DNA of 64,000 bases from Euglena gracilis (lineage: Eukaryota): NCBI GenBank assembly GCA_039621445.1, contig CP154954.1, positions 45,921,847 to 45,985,846 on the forward strand. Direction: 5' to 3'. Below, one piece after another: positions 28,573-40,413 of this stretch; positions within the stretch are counted from its first letter, which is position 1, and the number at the start of each line of letters is the position of its first letter. Under the pieces are notes generated by a model. The model ran no database searches and was not told the DNA's origin. It saw nothing but the letters and a program-made list of their open reading frames with translations. The translations under genes were made by a program, and so were the position numbers.

Positions 28573-29709
28573 TTGATGACCGACGGTCCCGTCGGTCAAG
28601 TTGGATGTATTGTGGACGTCACGACGAAGTTGCATCTGGTATCACCTGTGCATGCACATGCCTTGAGTGAAGTGCCCACTGTTCAAAAACTACCCCACAT
28701 TGAAAGACTGGTGGCGTCGCTTTTGATCCTCGGTCATGAGTTGCTGCCAATGGTTGACGGCGAGATCGACCGGTTGCGTGCCTTATTAGAACGTTTGACG
28801 AGAGGGATGACCGACGGGACCGTCGGTCATGATGAACGATCTCGTTCCATACACAGGAAGGAGGTTCTCTATGCGCGTATTCTCAATGGAGAAACAGGCT
28901 ATACTGTGAACGCTCGTCTGAATCAGCTTATGCTGCGTTTGCTCATCTCGGATTACTGCCCTGCACTGTTTGCAGTTGGACAACGAGTTCGTGAGTGCAA
29001 TTGGGGTGGGCAACGATTGGGTTCAGGGACTGCTGCACGCCATGCTCTACAATGGTCTCTATCTCTCCTCATCAGAATGCACCCTGCAGATTTCCGTCGT
29101 GTGCGGTACATAAAGACAGTAACACAGGCACTCCTGTGTTGGATGCCGTGGCATGACGTTGCACCTGGAGTTCTGCACACGGAGGAGTGCTGTGAATCGT
29201 TTTTGAGCAAAGTCACACGCTCCATGCGTAAGTTTGGGTCTCATTCTAGCCACGAAGACTATGCAAACGCCTTCTTGCTAACGCACCCTGCCAGAACGGC
29301 CCAGGAACATTGCACAAGTGTCCCGAAAGTCGTCCTCCGTCTGGTAAAGGAACGTGTCCTTCGTCTCGTGAACACAACAATTGTATTACCACAGGTCAGG
29401 TGGGTCCCACGTGGAAATGCAACTGTACCACATCCGATGAAGTATGCTGTGCAACAACCAATCGCTCCGTTAGTACGAAAGGTTCCAGACGAGGTTGTGA
29501 AGATTTTGTTGCTTGAGTCGTTGCATGGTCTTATCCAAACGCACAAAGCTTCCGACGCGTTTCTTGGGATGCTTGAAAACGTATTTCCCCGCAGGTCCAC
29601 CGAGCGCATCGCCCAAGAGGAGAGGAAGGTGCAACAGGTTCAAGAACTTGAACAACACCCTTTTCAAGCGACGTCCCAAGCGCCATCGACAAGTGCATCA
29701 AGAGGATGA
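28573..29709 (+). CDS. Element ORF1 (378 aa), putative partial transposase-like protein
   Basis: Long uninterrupted ORF next to the left TIR. The segment ..RYIKT....W..W...GVLHTEECCESFLSKVTR resembles the C-terminal catalytic-Glu helix of some RNase H-fold DDE transposases. No clear N-terminal Asp motifs were recognised, so function is inferred mostly from context. Confidence 0.45.
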   Translation: MMTDGPVGQVGCIVDVTTKLHLVSPVHAHALSEVPTVQKLPHIERLVASLLILGHELLPMVDGEIDRLRALLERLTRGMTDGTVGHDERSRSIHRKEVLYARILNGETGYTVNARLNQLMLRLLISDYCPALFAVGQRVRECNWGGQRLGSGTAARHALQWSLSLLIRMHPADFRRVRYIKTVTQALLCWMPWHDVAPGVLHTEECCESFLSKVTRSMRKFGSHSSHEDYANAFLLTHPARTAQEHCTSVPKVVLRLVKERVLRLVNTTIVLPQVRWVPRGNATVPHPMKYAVQQPIAPLVRKVPDEVVKILLLESLHGLIQTHKASDAFLGMLENVFPRRSTERIAQEERKVQQVQELEQHPFQATSQAPSTSASRG

Positions 29710-29962
29710 GGATGTCGAGGAGTGAACGGCAGGGCATCCTTCCTCCCCCTCTGAGTGTTTTTTAACACCTTATAGTCATTCCCTATCTCTTTTTGCAATA
29801 CGACAATGTTTTTGAGAGGTCTCTGCAAGATGAAGCATTTCTTCTGCCTACTTGGAAGCTGGAAGTCATTTTGCTCTTATAGAATGTGTACAAATCTACT
29901 CAAGTTGGCTGATTGCATGTCATTTTGCACTCATATCACTATCTTGCACAGGGTCGTGCCAG

Positions 29963-31123
29963 ATGTCTTCCCATTCGGGCGACTCGGATGATGGTATTCA
30001 GGAATTGGATGAAATGATTGCGGCTGAGGAATCCCCGTCACCTGAGGCTTCACACGCACCTGCTGGCGATGACCTGATGGATGCCGAGGAACAAAATGTC
30101 CCCGTGCTGCCCGTCTGTGAGAAGAAGAAGCGTCGCAAGGTGAAGGAAGATGCAGAGGACATTGCTGGCGGCATGACGAAGTCCCAAGCAGTCAACTGGG
30201 CATCAACCAAAGGGACCATGGAATGGTTTGTCGCTTTGAACCGTGAGATCAACGTGGACAAGTTGGCGTGGGACCGATCAGGTGAATTCGGTCAAGGTCG
30301 GCTCCTCGATGACCATCACGTGGAGGTCCTGCTCCGACCGCCACGAAAGCCAATGACCGTCGTTGTTTGGGAAAATGATGCAGACAAACGCTACTACCTC
30401 CTGGCGGGGCAGCACACAGCAAAGGCGCTTCTTCGAATTCGTGACGAAAGGTTGAAGGAAGGCTTGCCATTGGAGCAATGGCACAGGACCGTGTTCGCCG
30501 ACATCCTCAAGTACTCCACGCCACTGGCAATCAGGCGCAAAGTCAGTGGCTGTGACAATGCCAACGCCAAGTTGCAGCGAGTCACTCCGGTTTCAGAGTG
30601 TTTGCAAGGCTTCATGGCAGATAAGGATGGAGACTTCAACACCCGATTGGCACGGGCTGTGGAAGCGGCGGGCCTCATCAACGACACAGAGAATCCTTGG
30701 AATTCGGTGAGGTATTGGGTGCCTGTCGCCATGATGGTCTCCCATTGGGGTCAGCGCGCACTGGCTGCCATCCAGAACTTTGAGAAGAAGCTGGAGAAGG
30801 ACAACACCGTGAGGATCAACACTTTCGTGCCTCTGTCCAAGGTGAACGATGTTGCCTTCATGGACGAGGTCATTCAGGTGATGGCTTCTCCAAAAGCCAA
30901 CATGGGGGCGTTCCACAATGCCATTGCACGGTCGGCGAGGAGAATGTGGTACACGTGGCACATCCTTCATCCAGAGCTACCTGTGCATGAGGAGCGCCGA
31001 ACAACTGCCCTTGTGATCAATGAAAACAAAAGGCTCACAGCTTTTCTGGTTCCCTGTGTTCGTTCAATGTTTAGGCATGGAATCAAATCACATTGCCTTT
31101 TCCAAAAACGACAGCCGTCTTAG
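29963..31123 (+). CDS. Element ORF2: ParB/Srx (DGQHR-like) domain protein with acidic N-terminus and basic NLS-like patch
   Basis: EINVDKLAWD..GQGRLLDDHHVEVL..PMTVVVW..RYYLLAGQHTAKAL follows the ParB N-terminal pattern (Q-x-R-x-L, P-hhhh, Y-x-hh-x-G-x-H). KKKRRKVK lies upstream. The ORF is open from 29852, with a probable ATG at 29963. The 3' end may splice into 31420 onward. Confidence 0.6.
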   Translation: MSSHSGDSDDGIQELDEMIAAEESPSPEASHAPAGDDLMDAEEQNVPVLPVCEKKKRRKVKEDAEDIAGGMTKSQAVNWASTKGTMEWFVALNREINVDKLAWDRSGEFGQGRLLDDHHVEVLLRPPRKPMTVVVWENDADKRYYLLAGQHTAKALLRIRDERLKEGLPLEQWHRTVFADILKYSTPLAIRRKVSGCDNANAKLQRVTPVSECLQGFMADKDGDFNTRLARAVEAAGLINDTENPWNSVRYWVPVAMMVSHWGQRALAAIQNFEKKLEKDNTVRINTFVPLSKVNDVAFMDEVIQVMASPKANMGAFHNAIARSARRMWYTWHILHPELPVHEERRTTALVINENKRLTAFLVPCVRSMFRHGIKSHCLFQKRQPS

Positions 31124-31419
31124 CCCTTTTCGTTTGCATGTACCATTATGACCGACGGGCCCGTCGGTCATAATGTGTGTCATTGGTGATGAAACCTATC
31201 TTATTTGGCTCTTCAATTTGCTGAAATGGAATCACATGAGGCGTTGGAAACGACACTTGTTCAGGGCACGCGCCATTTTGCCTTCTTTTGCTAAAATGCT
31301 ACCACGGTGCAGCACGAATCGGGCATTTCCGCAACAATGACCGACGGGCCCGTCGGTCATTGTGATTCTTTTTTTTGGCTGATAGGATCTCATTCAAACA
31401 ATGTTCATTGGTCACAAGG

Positions 31420-32720
31420 CACCGCAGAGATCAACCGTTTGATGGCGCTGGTGCCCAAGCTCCCAGCGATGAAGGTGAACCTGGGCAGATGGAAACCTGA
31501 CCAGCTGGAGGAGGACACCGCCAAGAGGATGCCCAAGGCGGAGGTACTCATGCGTGCCCGCTTGTGGACAGATGAAGAGTACAAGTTTGCCCGTGATCTG
31601 CTCGCTCGCGCACCCCTGAATATCGACATCAAAGAGGATGGCGTGATGTCCAAAGTCGCTGTGTCTGGGACGGACAGCACGGTCACCGTCTTCCCAGGGA
31701 GTTCTGCAATGCCAAAGACCATCGCGACCCTGCCCCTGCGGATCATCTTTGTGGATTTGCGCGGGGTGAGTGCGGACGAGGTGGAGGATGCCATTGATGG
31801 AGTTCCTGGGCGGTTCAAGCTGACTGTGCTGCCGGTGGTTCTCTTTGGAGGACACGAATCCGTGGATGCAGGCGTTCTGCGATTGCAAGCATTGGTGGGT
31901 CACTTGGAGTGGCGAGCGTCGACGCTATGTTGTGTGGACCAACGACAAGGATTTCACGTACACTGCAGCCAGGCGAGAGTTGGTGGTCTTCCTTCCAGAT
32001 GGTGGTGCCCCCCGGAAGCGTCAACCGCCATTCTTCAACATCATCCATGCACAACCACCGCTGCTGGGCTGGGTGGCCGTGTTTGGCATCTTGCAGATGA
32101 CGTTGCTGCCGGAGGACCCCGAGGCTTCTGTGTCCCAAGCTGTCGACTGGCTCTATGTACTCAGTGACGATGCTGACCTCCCGGCGCTCATGGCCACGAG
32201 GTTGGACAACATGCCTTCTGTGGCGTACTGCCCTTTGCGATCCGACGACCCCGTGGCGGACCATGCAGGACGTCTTGGAGAGTCTTTGAAGTCAGGACAG
32301 AACAGACCCATCATCCCGTGGGGGGAGGTCTTCGAGAAGGCATCGCACCTGCTTCCGCTGTTCGACCCAGAACCCGAGCCCATCACCATCACCAACGTTG
32401 ATGCTGGAAGCAGCGACAGTGAGGACCAGCAGGACAGGCGGGGCAAGCGGCCGAAGAAGGAGCCGCCGTTGAAGCCGTTCAGCAGGCAGAAGGAGAAGGA
32501 GAAAGAGAAAGAGAAGAAGCGAACCGAAGAAGGGGCACCAGCCAAGGGGGCACGACGACCTAAGCAACCTGCAGCTGCACCCGCCGCCGCCGCTGCTGCA
32601 CCTGTCGAGAGCCCGACGCGACCGCCGAAGCCTGCAGCCACGGAGCAGCCACTCACGGCCAGTGACCTGTCCAAGCGCTTGGGCGTCGGCGGGGGACTGC
32701 GCAAGCCGAAGCACCTGTGA
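31420..32720 (+). pseudogene. Element ORF3 (two overlapping frames, shift near 31915), alpha/beta domain possibly a degenerate beta-class DNA methylase fold, with Lys/Ala/Pro-rich tail
   Basis: ORFs 31307-32167 and 31845-32720 each look coding in consecutive halves. Motif order VTVFPGS / RIIFVDL / YVVWT..RELVVF / DWLYVL..LMATRL loosely parallels beta-class N6A/N4C methylases, but DPPY and FxGxG are absent. Confidence 0.4.
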
Positions 32721-34821
32721 TATGCACTCTGGGAGTGTGTTTGTGTGACTGTTGCACCCCATGTGTCCTCAATGCAGCCAAGCTTGAATCACATGCTTTC
32801 TCTGTTGCTTTTCATGGATGTGACCGACGGGCCCGTGCAGCACTTGAGGGAGGGACATGGCCCAGGACAGGGCTTCGACGGGATAATCCCCAGTGCAATT
32901 TGCTTGCATGCTTGCCAGTCATTTTGGAGATTTAGGTTTGCAGATGCTGCATAGGTCAACTGTGTTTCAAGGGTGCCTTGTTGTTCAAGGATTGCTTTGT
33001 TGCCACAGGCAGCCTCGGGTTCATTCCAGTTTGGATACGGAGGTCATTGTTTTACTCAGGGAGCTCATTTGCAACGTTGCACTCCTGCATTCCAGTTCAA
33101 CGTCCAAGGGTCTTGCTGCACATCGATTTCCAGAAAGTGTAATGCTTTTTGGTTCTTTTGGCAAGGGGTGTTGTTGTTTTGCCCAACATTTTTCACATTC
33201 CTTCCGCCATCACTGTGGGCCACCATGACTCCATTCATCCCTGTTTCGTGGTTGCAAACAAGTCGCCAGGTGCTGTTTGTTCTGCCATCATCTTCACAGG
33301 TTCTTCTTCTTACACCTCTTTTCCTCCCCAAATGTTCACCTCGTGGGTGATTACAGCTGCGGTCTTTCGTGTTCTGCCGGTGCAGGTGCCCAAAGTGAGT
33401 GTGAACGTATTTTCTCTGACAGTGGCAACCGTTTTTGACACCTTTTGCAAACTAACAAAAAGTGAAATTTGCCTAATTTGTGGAGGAAAACAGCCAGTTT
33501 TGGAGGTACTCTTTCCTTTTTCGTTCCAATATGGCATAAATCCATCCAATTTCGAAAGGATGTTAGCACAAAAATGACCGACGGGCCCGTCGGTCGTTCG
33601 TTGCACTAGGTGGCCGCCTAGGATCACCTATGTGTTCACCATCATTGTCTATAACAGGACCAGCGATAGCACTATTTGGCCGTTGCCCAATTATATGTGC
33701 AGGAGAACCAGTGCCCAGTAATATAATGCAGGAGACAAAGTGTCTCATTGGAGATTGAACCCTGACTCTAGCCCTCAAACCAAGCATCCCCCCCTTTTTA
33801 GGGGCACTGGTTCTCAAACGCAAATGCAATGGGAACCATGGCCGGCCGGCTGATGCAGTGCAATGGGTCATTTGGAGGCCACAATGAGGACCACAGGGGT
33901 CCCGGATTCTTTGGCGGTGACGGTGAGTGAGCTGCAACTGGGCTTGAGCAGTGGTCGGTGGGACCCGACCCCCCACTGCAGGGAAGGGGCCTGGTCCTCC
34001 CGACTGCGTTGCCCCCTCCCCCAGCCCCGCAGTCCCCCGGCGCCGGCCCACCCCTGCAGGCGTGTCCCCCGGCCCAAAGTTCAACCAGCACCCCTGGAAC
34101 CCCAAAGTCCCTCCAGTATTTCACACTGGAGAATTTCAGCAAACATGTGCCCAACAAAAGTGCCCGGAATCGCATTCTTGGCTGATTTCAGGAAAGAAGT
34201 TTTCGGATGGGCTGAGATTTGGTTAATTTGGCCACTGTGCAATGCTTTAGGCGGCAATCCCCCCTCCCTGACCAGAGGCACCACCTGTTGTTATGTCGAA
34301 CTCTTCCAAGCTGGTTCTCCTCAAAACATGCTGTCTCACACCAGGGGATTTTTCAGATCTGGCTTGTGGAAGTGATACCCCCCCCCGGGTCTGAAGGAAA
34401 GCCCTGTTTGAGAGGGTGGAAAAAACTGATAATGCATGATCACTGCTGGATCCCACCCAAACCCACCCCCCCCCCGGGGTCCACAAGCATTTTTTCCCCG
34501 CGGGGTCCCCTGTCTTTAATGTCTGAATTTCCGGCATTTGCCCCCAAGTCTGTGGGAGCAGTCCAAGGGACAAGTCTCCCTACCAGTCCCTAGGAGTTAT
34601 AATTTTATCGTGGGACGATAACCCCTCCCTCTGCACCGGTCGTTTTCGCGTGCCTGACACCTTGGCTTGTTGTTGCCACAGGGGAAGGGTTGGTTCGATC
34701 CCCCGGTGGAAGGCGCTGCCTCACTGCCTCCAACTTCTTCGCCGCCCCCACTGGGAAGGCCCATGACGGCGCTGCAGCACCACTTCTCCATCGCTGGTAG
34801 ACTCCCCATCTCTGTGACTGA

Positions 34822-35084
<263 letters not shown>

Positions 35085-35157
35085 CACTTGGGATAGAAAG
35101 AATGTGTTGTTTGTTTGTGAAATTCACACAATTGTGCCCTTCAAGTAGTGAGTTGAA

Positions 35158-38100
35158 CTTAGGCGGCCTAATTCGCACTTAAGCTTTTTTCTTTTTATTT
35201 GCGCACTTGCGCAAATTTACGAATTTTTTGATTCTGCTTTGATTCGGCTGTGAAGGTCAGGGGGGTTTGAAAACACGTTGACAAGAGAGTGCAAAAAATG
35301 AGCAAAATTCTGTTTTTTTGGCGGTATGACCCCCGGGACTTTGGTGAAAAATGGTGTTTTGGGGGTGTCCGAAAATGGGCTTTGTACGTCGAAACCCCCG
35401 GGACCTTGCCCTTGCCGGCCCACACTGAAGAAAAAAAACGCAAAAAAGCACCATAGGAACGGGACCTTTACTGCCCTTGTTGCTCCTTTCGGCTGTGCCC
35501 CCGGGTGTGCCCGAGCTGCCGGCTGTGTGCATCCTGGGTGTTTGCCGGACTGCGTTGCTTGCGGCGCCTTGGCGTGGTGGTTTTGGGTTGTTTGTTATAG
35601 CGCAGGGAGGAAGTGCCGGGGGGTGTGGGTGTGGTGTGATAGAGCCGGAAGGAGGGCCGCAGTGAGAGGAAGGCAAGTGTGGGGTGTTGGGCAAGGGAAG
35701 CGCAGGGGGGATGAAATGGGGTCCGCAGGGAATGAAGGGGACGGGCGTCTCCCACCCGGCTTATACCCGGGATGCGCACAACCAGCTGTGTGGCAAAGAA
35801 CCCGGCGGAAGAAGCCCAACACTGGAAGGGCAAAATTTTGTTTATTTGCGCAAATGCGCGCACCAACACGTTTGTGTTTATTTGCGCAATTGCCCAAATA
35901 AACATAAACATGTCCTTCAAGGATTGGGCTTTGGCACCCATGAACTGATGCTGTTGAAAAACGGCGTGACAAAGGAGCTGTGAGTGCGCAGACCAACTGG
36001 CCGTCCAGTTGGTGGGTTTGTCACACTGTTTGTCGACGGCGCAAGCTTATTGGCGCAAATGTGCGCACAAACAAAAATTATGTTTTGTGTGCGCATTTGC
36101 GCAAATGCGCAAACAAACATGTTCTCTGTTTATTTGCGCATTTGCGCAAATAAACACACAGAAGAGTGTGACGGAAAACACAACCGTCAAACACCAGCAG
36201 CAGATGTGGTTTATTTGCGCAGTTGCGCGGATCACGTTGTTTGTGGGCGCAAATGCGCAAATAAATTGTATGAAGAAACTGCACAATTTACTGTGTTTAT
36301 TTGCGCATTTGCGCCCAAAAAAACGTGATGCGCGCAAATGTGCAAATAAACAACCAATTGTGTTCATTTGGGTTGAACCAGTCCAGAAGCCGCCAAGAGT
36401 AGCTGCAGGAGGGCCAAATGAAATCGCTTTCTACTCATCCTGCATATGGTGTTATGGGGCCGTTTTTGGACCATTGACAGGTCTCACACAGGCAATTGCT
36501 TATGCACTGACCGACAACCCCCCCCCCCCCGGGGGGTGGGTGACTGGTTTTTTCAGAGTGACTGACTGGTTTTTGGCCCGGCCCCCCTCCCCCCCCCCCC
36601 CCCGGGGGGTCGGCCAGGAGTGGGCAAAAGTGGCTTGAGTTGACCCCGGCGCCGAAGGCGCCGGAAAAAAATTTTTGGGCCTAAAATGGCCTAAAGTGAC
36701 TGGAAAGTGGCCGTTTTTCTGAGTGGCCGACCCCCCCCCCCCCGGGGGGTGGTGACTGGCTTGTTTTTTGAAAATGAGTGACTGACTGGTTTTTAAAAAA
36801 AAAAGTGGAGTGACCCCCCCCCCCGGGGGTCGGTAAGCAATTGTATGGTCCCACAAAGGATGGAGACATAGGACCTCCTGAAGTTGGGTGCGCAGCCACC
36901 CGGTAACGGTTCATGTCCACCGGCACCAATTTTTTGGGTCCCAAGGGCCCTGCCGCTGGCCTGAGGCCTCGGCTCCGCTGCTGCAGCCACATCAGCTGCT
37001 GATGCTTCAGCACCTGCTGATGCTTCAGACCGGCATCCACCTCCCCGGTGCAACAACACCCAGATTTAGCGGCCACGTTATACCCCGCCACCGGGGCGTG
37101 AGACTAGGGGGACGACGTGGTGCCAGTGCATGGCAACCGGCAGCCGGAGAGAGATGGCCCTCAAACACCCGTCACTTTGGGTGCAAGGAAGTGTTGAAGC
37201 TTCACCGCATTGGGTGCATCAAAGCGGTGGGACCCACTCCCCCCGAATTATGCACAAAAACCGGTGTTTTTTACGTTTTTCAAGGGAAAAATGGTAAAGA
37301 AAACCATGAAAAGGACTACGGCCGGACACGTCCCGGGCATTTCAGGTTCCAATTTTGTCTTCTTGTAACGCAGTCCTGTTGCATAAAAGGTGTCCAACAG
37401 TCACAGGTCGTTTGCATGTCATCAATTAATTACGTTTAACTGCCAAACGGATGACGCCAAAATAACAGGTCGTGTGGGCCGGGTAATAACAGTACAAATG
37501 TGTGCACGTGAGGCAGGCAAATTTTGGCCAGACAAATGCCGTGTTCCAGTGAACACCCCACACCACCTCTCACCACAAATTTCATCACCACGTAATTGTG
37601 GTGCAAATTATTGGTTGGCGTGAGGAGTTGCGTTCGCCAGCCGTCACGGACGAGGAGATGGTATCGCAAAACTGATGTGTGTTGGTGCGCGCATTTGTGC
37701 AAGTAAACACAACTTTGTTTGTGCGTCAAATTTTGAAGCGGTTAATTAAATGTTTGTGCGCGCATTTGCGCAAATGCGCACACAAACGTAATTGTGTTTA
37801 TTTGCGCAAATGCGCGCACCAACACGCCCATCACGTTTTAAAACCTCGTAGGGTCATGGTCCTCATTGGTGTCTTTTAACATGGAAAGTAAAAATACATG
37901 TTGGTGTGCTCATTTGCGCAAATAAACATAAACATGTTGGTGTGCGCATTTGCGCAAATGCGCACACCACCAGTTTTATTTGTGGGCACATTTGCGCCCA
38001 CCAACACGTCATTTTATCATCATCAGTTTTCATTTTATTTGCGCAAATGCGCCCACAAACACAATTGTTTTTATTTGCGCAAATACACCCACAAACACAA

Positions 38101-38480
38101 ATCAGTTGTGTGATGGCTGGCTAACGTAGTCTGTGGTGTGTGAGGCTCCTTGTGTTCTTACCAGTGGCGGTAGTTTCCAAACCAGTTCAGCCAGCACGTC
38201 AGCACCATTTCCAAGTGTGGTAACAAGGGGTGTGTGCCTCTCTCCTGTTTGATGTACAACATCACCAGTCTCACCCTCTGCCCTCTTCGCGTCACTTTGT
38301 AAGCAGCATTTACACCAAACTACTGGGAGTTAATCCCCACCAATAGAGGGGTGTCACAGCTCATAATTTGTTCTCCCTGTGTCAGGGTACAGGGTCCAGG
38401 AGTTTCATAAAATTTGCGCATTTGCGCAAATGCGCAAATTCTAAAGGAAAAACCTTTAAGTGCGAATTCGGCCGCCTAAG
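35158..38480. mobile_element. 3.3-kb non-autonomous TIR element with CTTAGGCGGCC termini and 5-bp TSD
   Basis: CTTAGGCGGCCTAATTCGCACTTAA from 35158 matches TTAAGTGCGAATTCGGCCGCCTAAG ending at 38480 with 1 mismatch. TTGAA flanks both sides (35153-35157, 38481-38485). The interior has many TTTGCGCAAA(TGCGC) palindromes and no convincing long ORF. Confidence 0.8.
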
Positions 38481-39935
38481 TTGAACATCTCCCCCTTCCC
38501 CCTTTGTGGGCAGTCTCAGGGGATTCCTCACAGATTTCTGTGCACATCTTGGGCCATATGGAGCCTCTGGAGTGGATTGGGGGGTCTGCATAGGAGACAC
38601 ATCTGCATCTTGTGTGTGTATGTGTGTTCCAAGGTTTATGTGAAGTTTTCCAGAGTGTTTACGTTTTTTTTTGCATTTTTGCCCGGTTTTTGGTTTTCTG
38701 GGAGCAATTGAGACAAATTGCTTTTTTTCAAGCACGTATTTGCGAATTTGGCCTCAAAGGGAGTTGGTTGCCTCCCCAATTTGACAAAAGCCCAGGCACA
38801 TATACCTTGAAAAATTCTTTGCACCCCCCTTGGGAATTTATGTAGTTTTCATCAATTTTTTTGCCAAAAACAGGAATTGAAAGTTTCTGTTCATTTGTTG
38901 AGGGAGCACAGGTCAGGACTCCAGCTTACATATTTCATACCTTCCAAAGTAGTGCACCCCTTTTGAATTTCAATGAGTCAATCTAGCAAGGGTAGGCTGA
39001 TTTCAGTTTTCAGGGGTGGGTGTAATTTGACAAAAATGTTTTTTCCTCATCATGTGAAATGTTCTGAGATCAAGCAGAAATGCGCATTTTTGGCAGCGTT
39101 TTTTTTTCGAGAATAACAGAAAGTCACCCCAAATTGCATTATTTGGGGTTTTTTTAATTTAAATTGATTATATTTAGGTTTCAGAAAATCGCCCTTTGGG
39201 TTGCTTAAATTTGGGATTGGTTGATTTTGATTTGGGATTTGGTTTGTTTTGGGTGTCAGGCCAAAATGGGCCAAAGGGTTGTTCGCGTTTTTTTGGGTTG
39301 CATAAAGCGAGAGTTTGTTTTTATTTGTGAGGGGTTTCCCAGTTGCCATTTGTCCCCACCCCATTTTGCCGCCCACATTTTGTCCCCTCATAGTTATGCA
39401 CAGCAACTAATTGTGCTGGTCAGTAGCGGAGCCAATGTCCAAATGATGGTTTGCTCCCAAATAGAGCCGGAATCCATTGGTTTTCCAAGTCAGATGGGCC
39501 TGGGATGACCTTTTTTTCTGGAAGCATTTTCCTCAAATAGAAAAAAGTTTGCCATCTGACAAAGATCCTTTCACTCAAACCTGGCAACTTGCGGATCACC
39601 CATACTTTGGGGGGGGGGTCTCCCTCCCCTGCCTCGGCAGGCTAATTTTTTAAGGCGGTTCCGACCGCACCCTGGAGGGGTGCTGCCTGGGCAGGCACCC
39701 CAAACCACCCAGAACTGACCCCCCCCAGAGGGTGGGGCACATGACCAAAAGTGCCTGGGCACTCGGCCAAGGCACTTCTGGCGCCGAAGGAGCCAGATGC
39801 CCAGAAAGGGCCACGACCAGGCCGGCACCGACCCGGGGGTGGGGGGTGCCTTCCTGCCCAGGAACTCCAGGACCCTCCGAGACCCCCCTGCCCCCCCCCC
39901 CGGGGTTGGTCAGTTTCGGCCCAACCCTCGCTGCA

Positions 39936-40315
39936 GCGAACGTCCCCTCGGGGGAGCTGACGGCGCCGCAGTTCTCCGCCCTGGCCGCCCTGGCCCGCAT
40001 GGCCCGCTGGGACCCAGCCGAGCCTCTCCCGCCCGAGGCCGCGGATTTTTGTCCACGCCCCCCCTGGCCTTTGGGGGGGGGGACTTCCCAGATTTTTGCA
40101 ACCCAATGGTCATTGTTTTGCATTTTGGGATTTTTTTGAAAACTCAATTTTTTGATATTTTTTTGCATCAATTTCATGCATTTTTGTTTTTTTTTTTATT
40201 TTGCAATGTTTTTACCATCTTTGTTTTCGCCGCCCTCAAAGAGGGCCGGGAGCCGACATCGGTGCTGGGACCAAAAAAAATAGCAGCCCACTGAAATTTG
40301 TGCACATGTGTGGCT

Positions 40316-40413
<98 letters not shown>

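Larger units (their letters stand above)
28378..33622 (+). mobile_element. 5.2-kb TIR DNA transposon of unassigned superfamily (22-bp perfect TIR, 5-bp TSD)
   Basis: CCTAGGCGGCCACCTAGTGCAA at 28378-28399 and its exact reverse complement at 33601-33622. ATCAC directly flanks both ends (28373-28377, 33623-33627). The interior has long ORFs and lacks the homopolymer-rich style of the flanking DNA. Confidence 0.9.

Noticed and set aside
28404-33595. Repeated palindromes as a CRISPR array
   Set aside because: Spacing is irregular (170 bp to 2.3 kb), there are no cas-like genes and the context is eukaryotic.
35840-38110. TTTGCGCAAAT clusters as a CRISPR array or coding repeats
   Set aside because: They are short variable motifs with non-uniform spacing inside a TIR element, and the ORFs there are low-complexity by-products.
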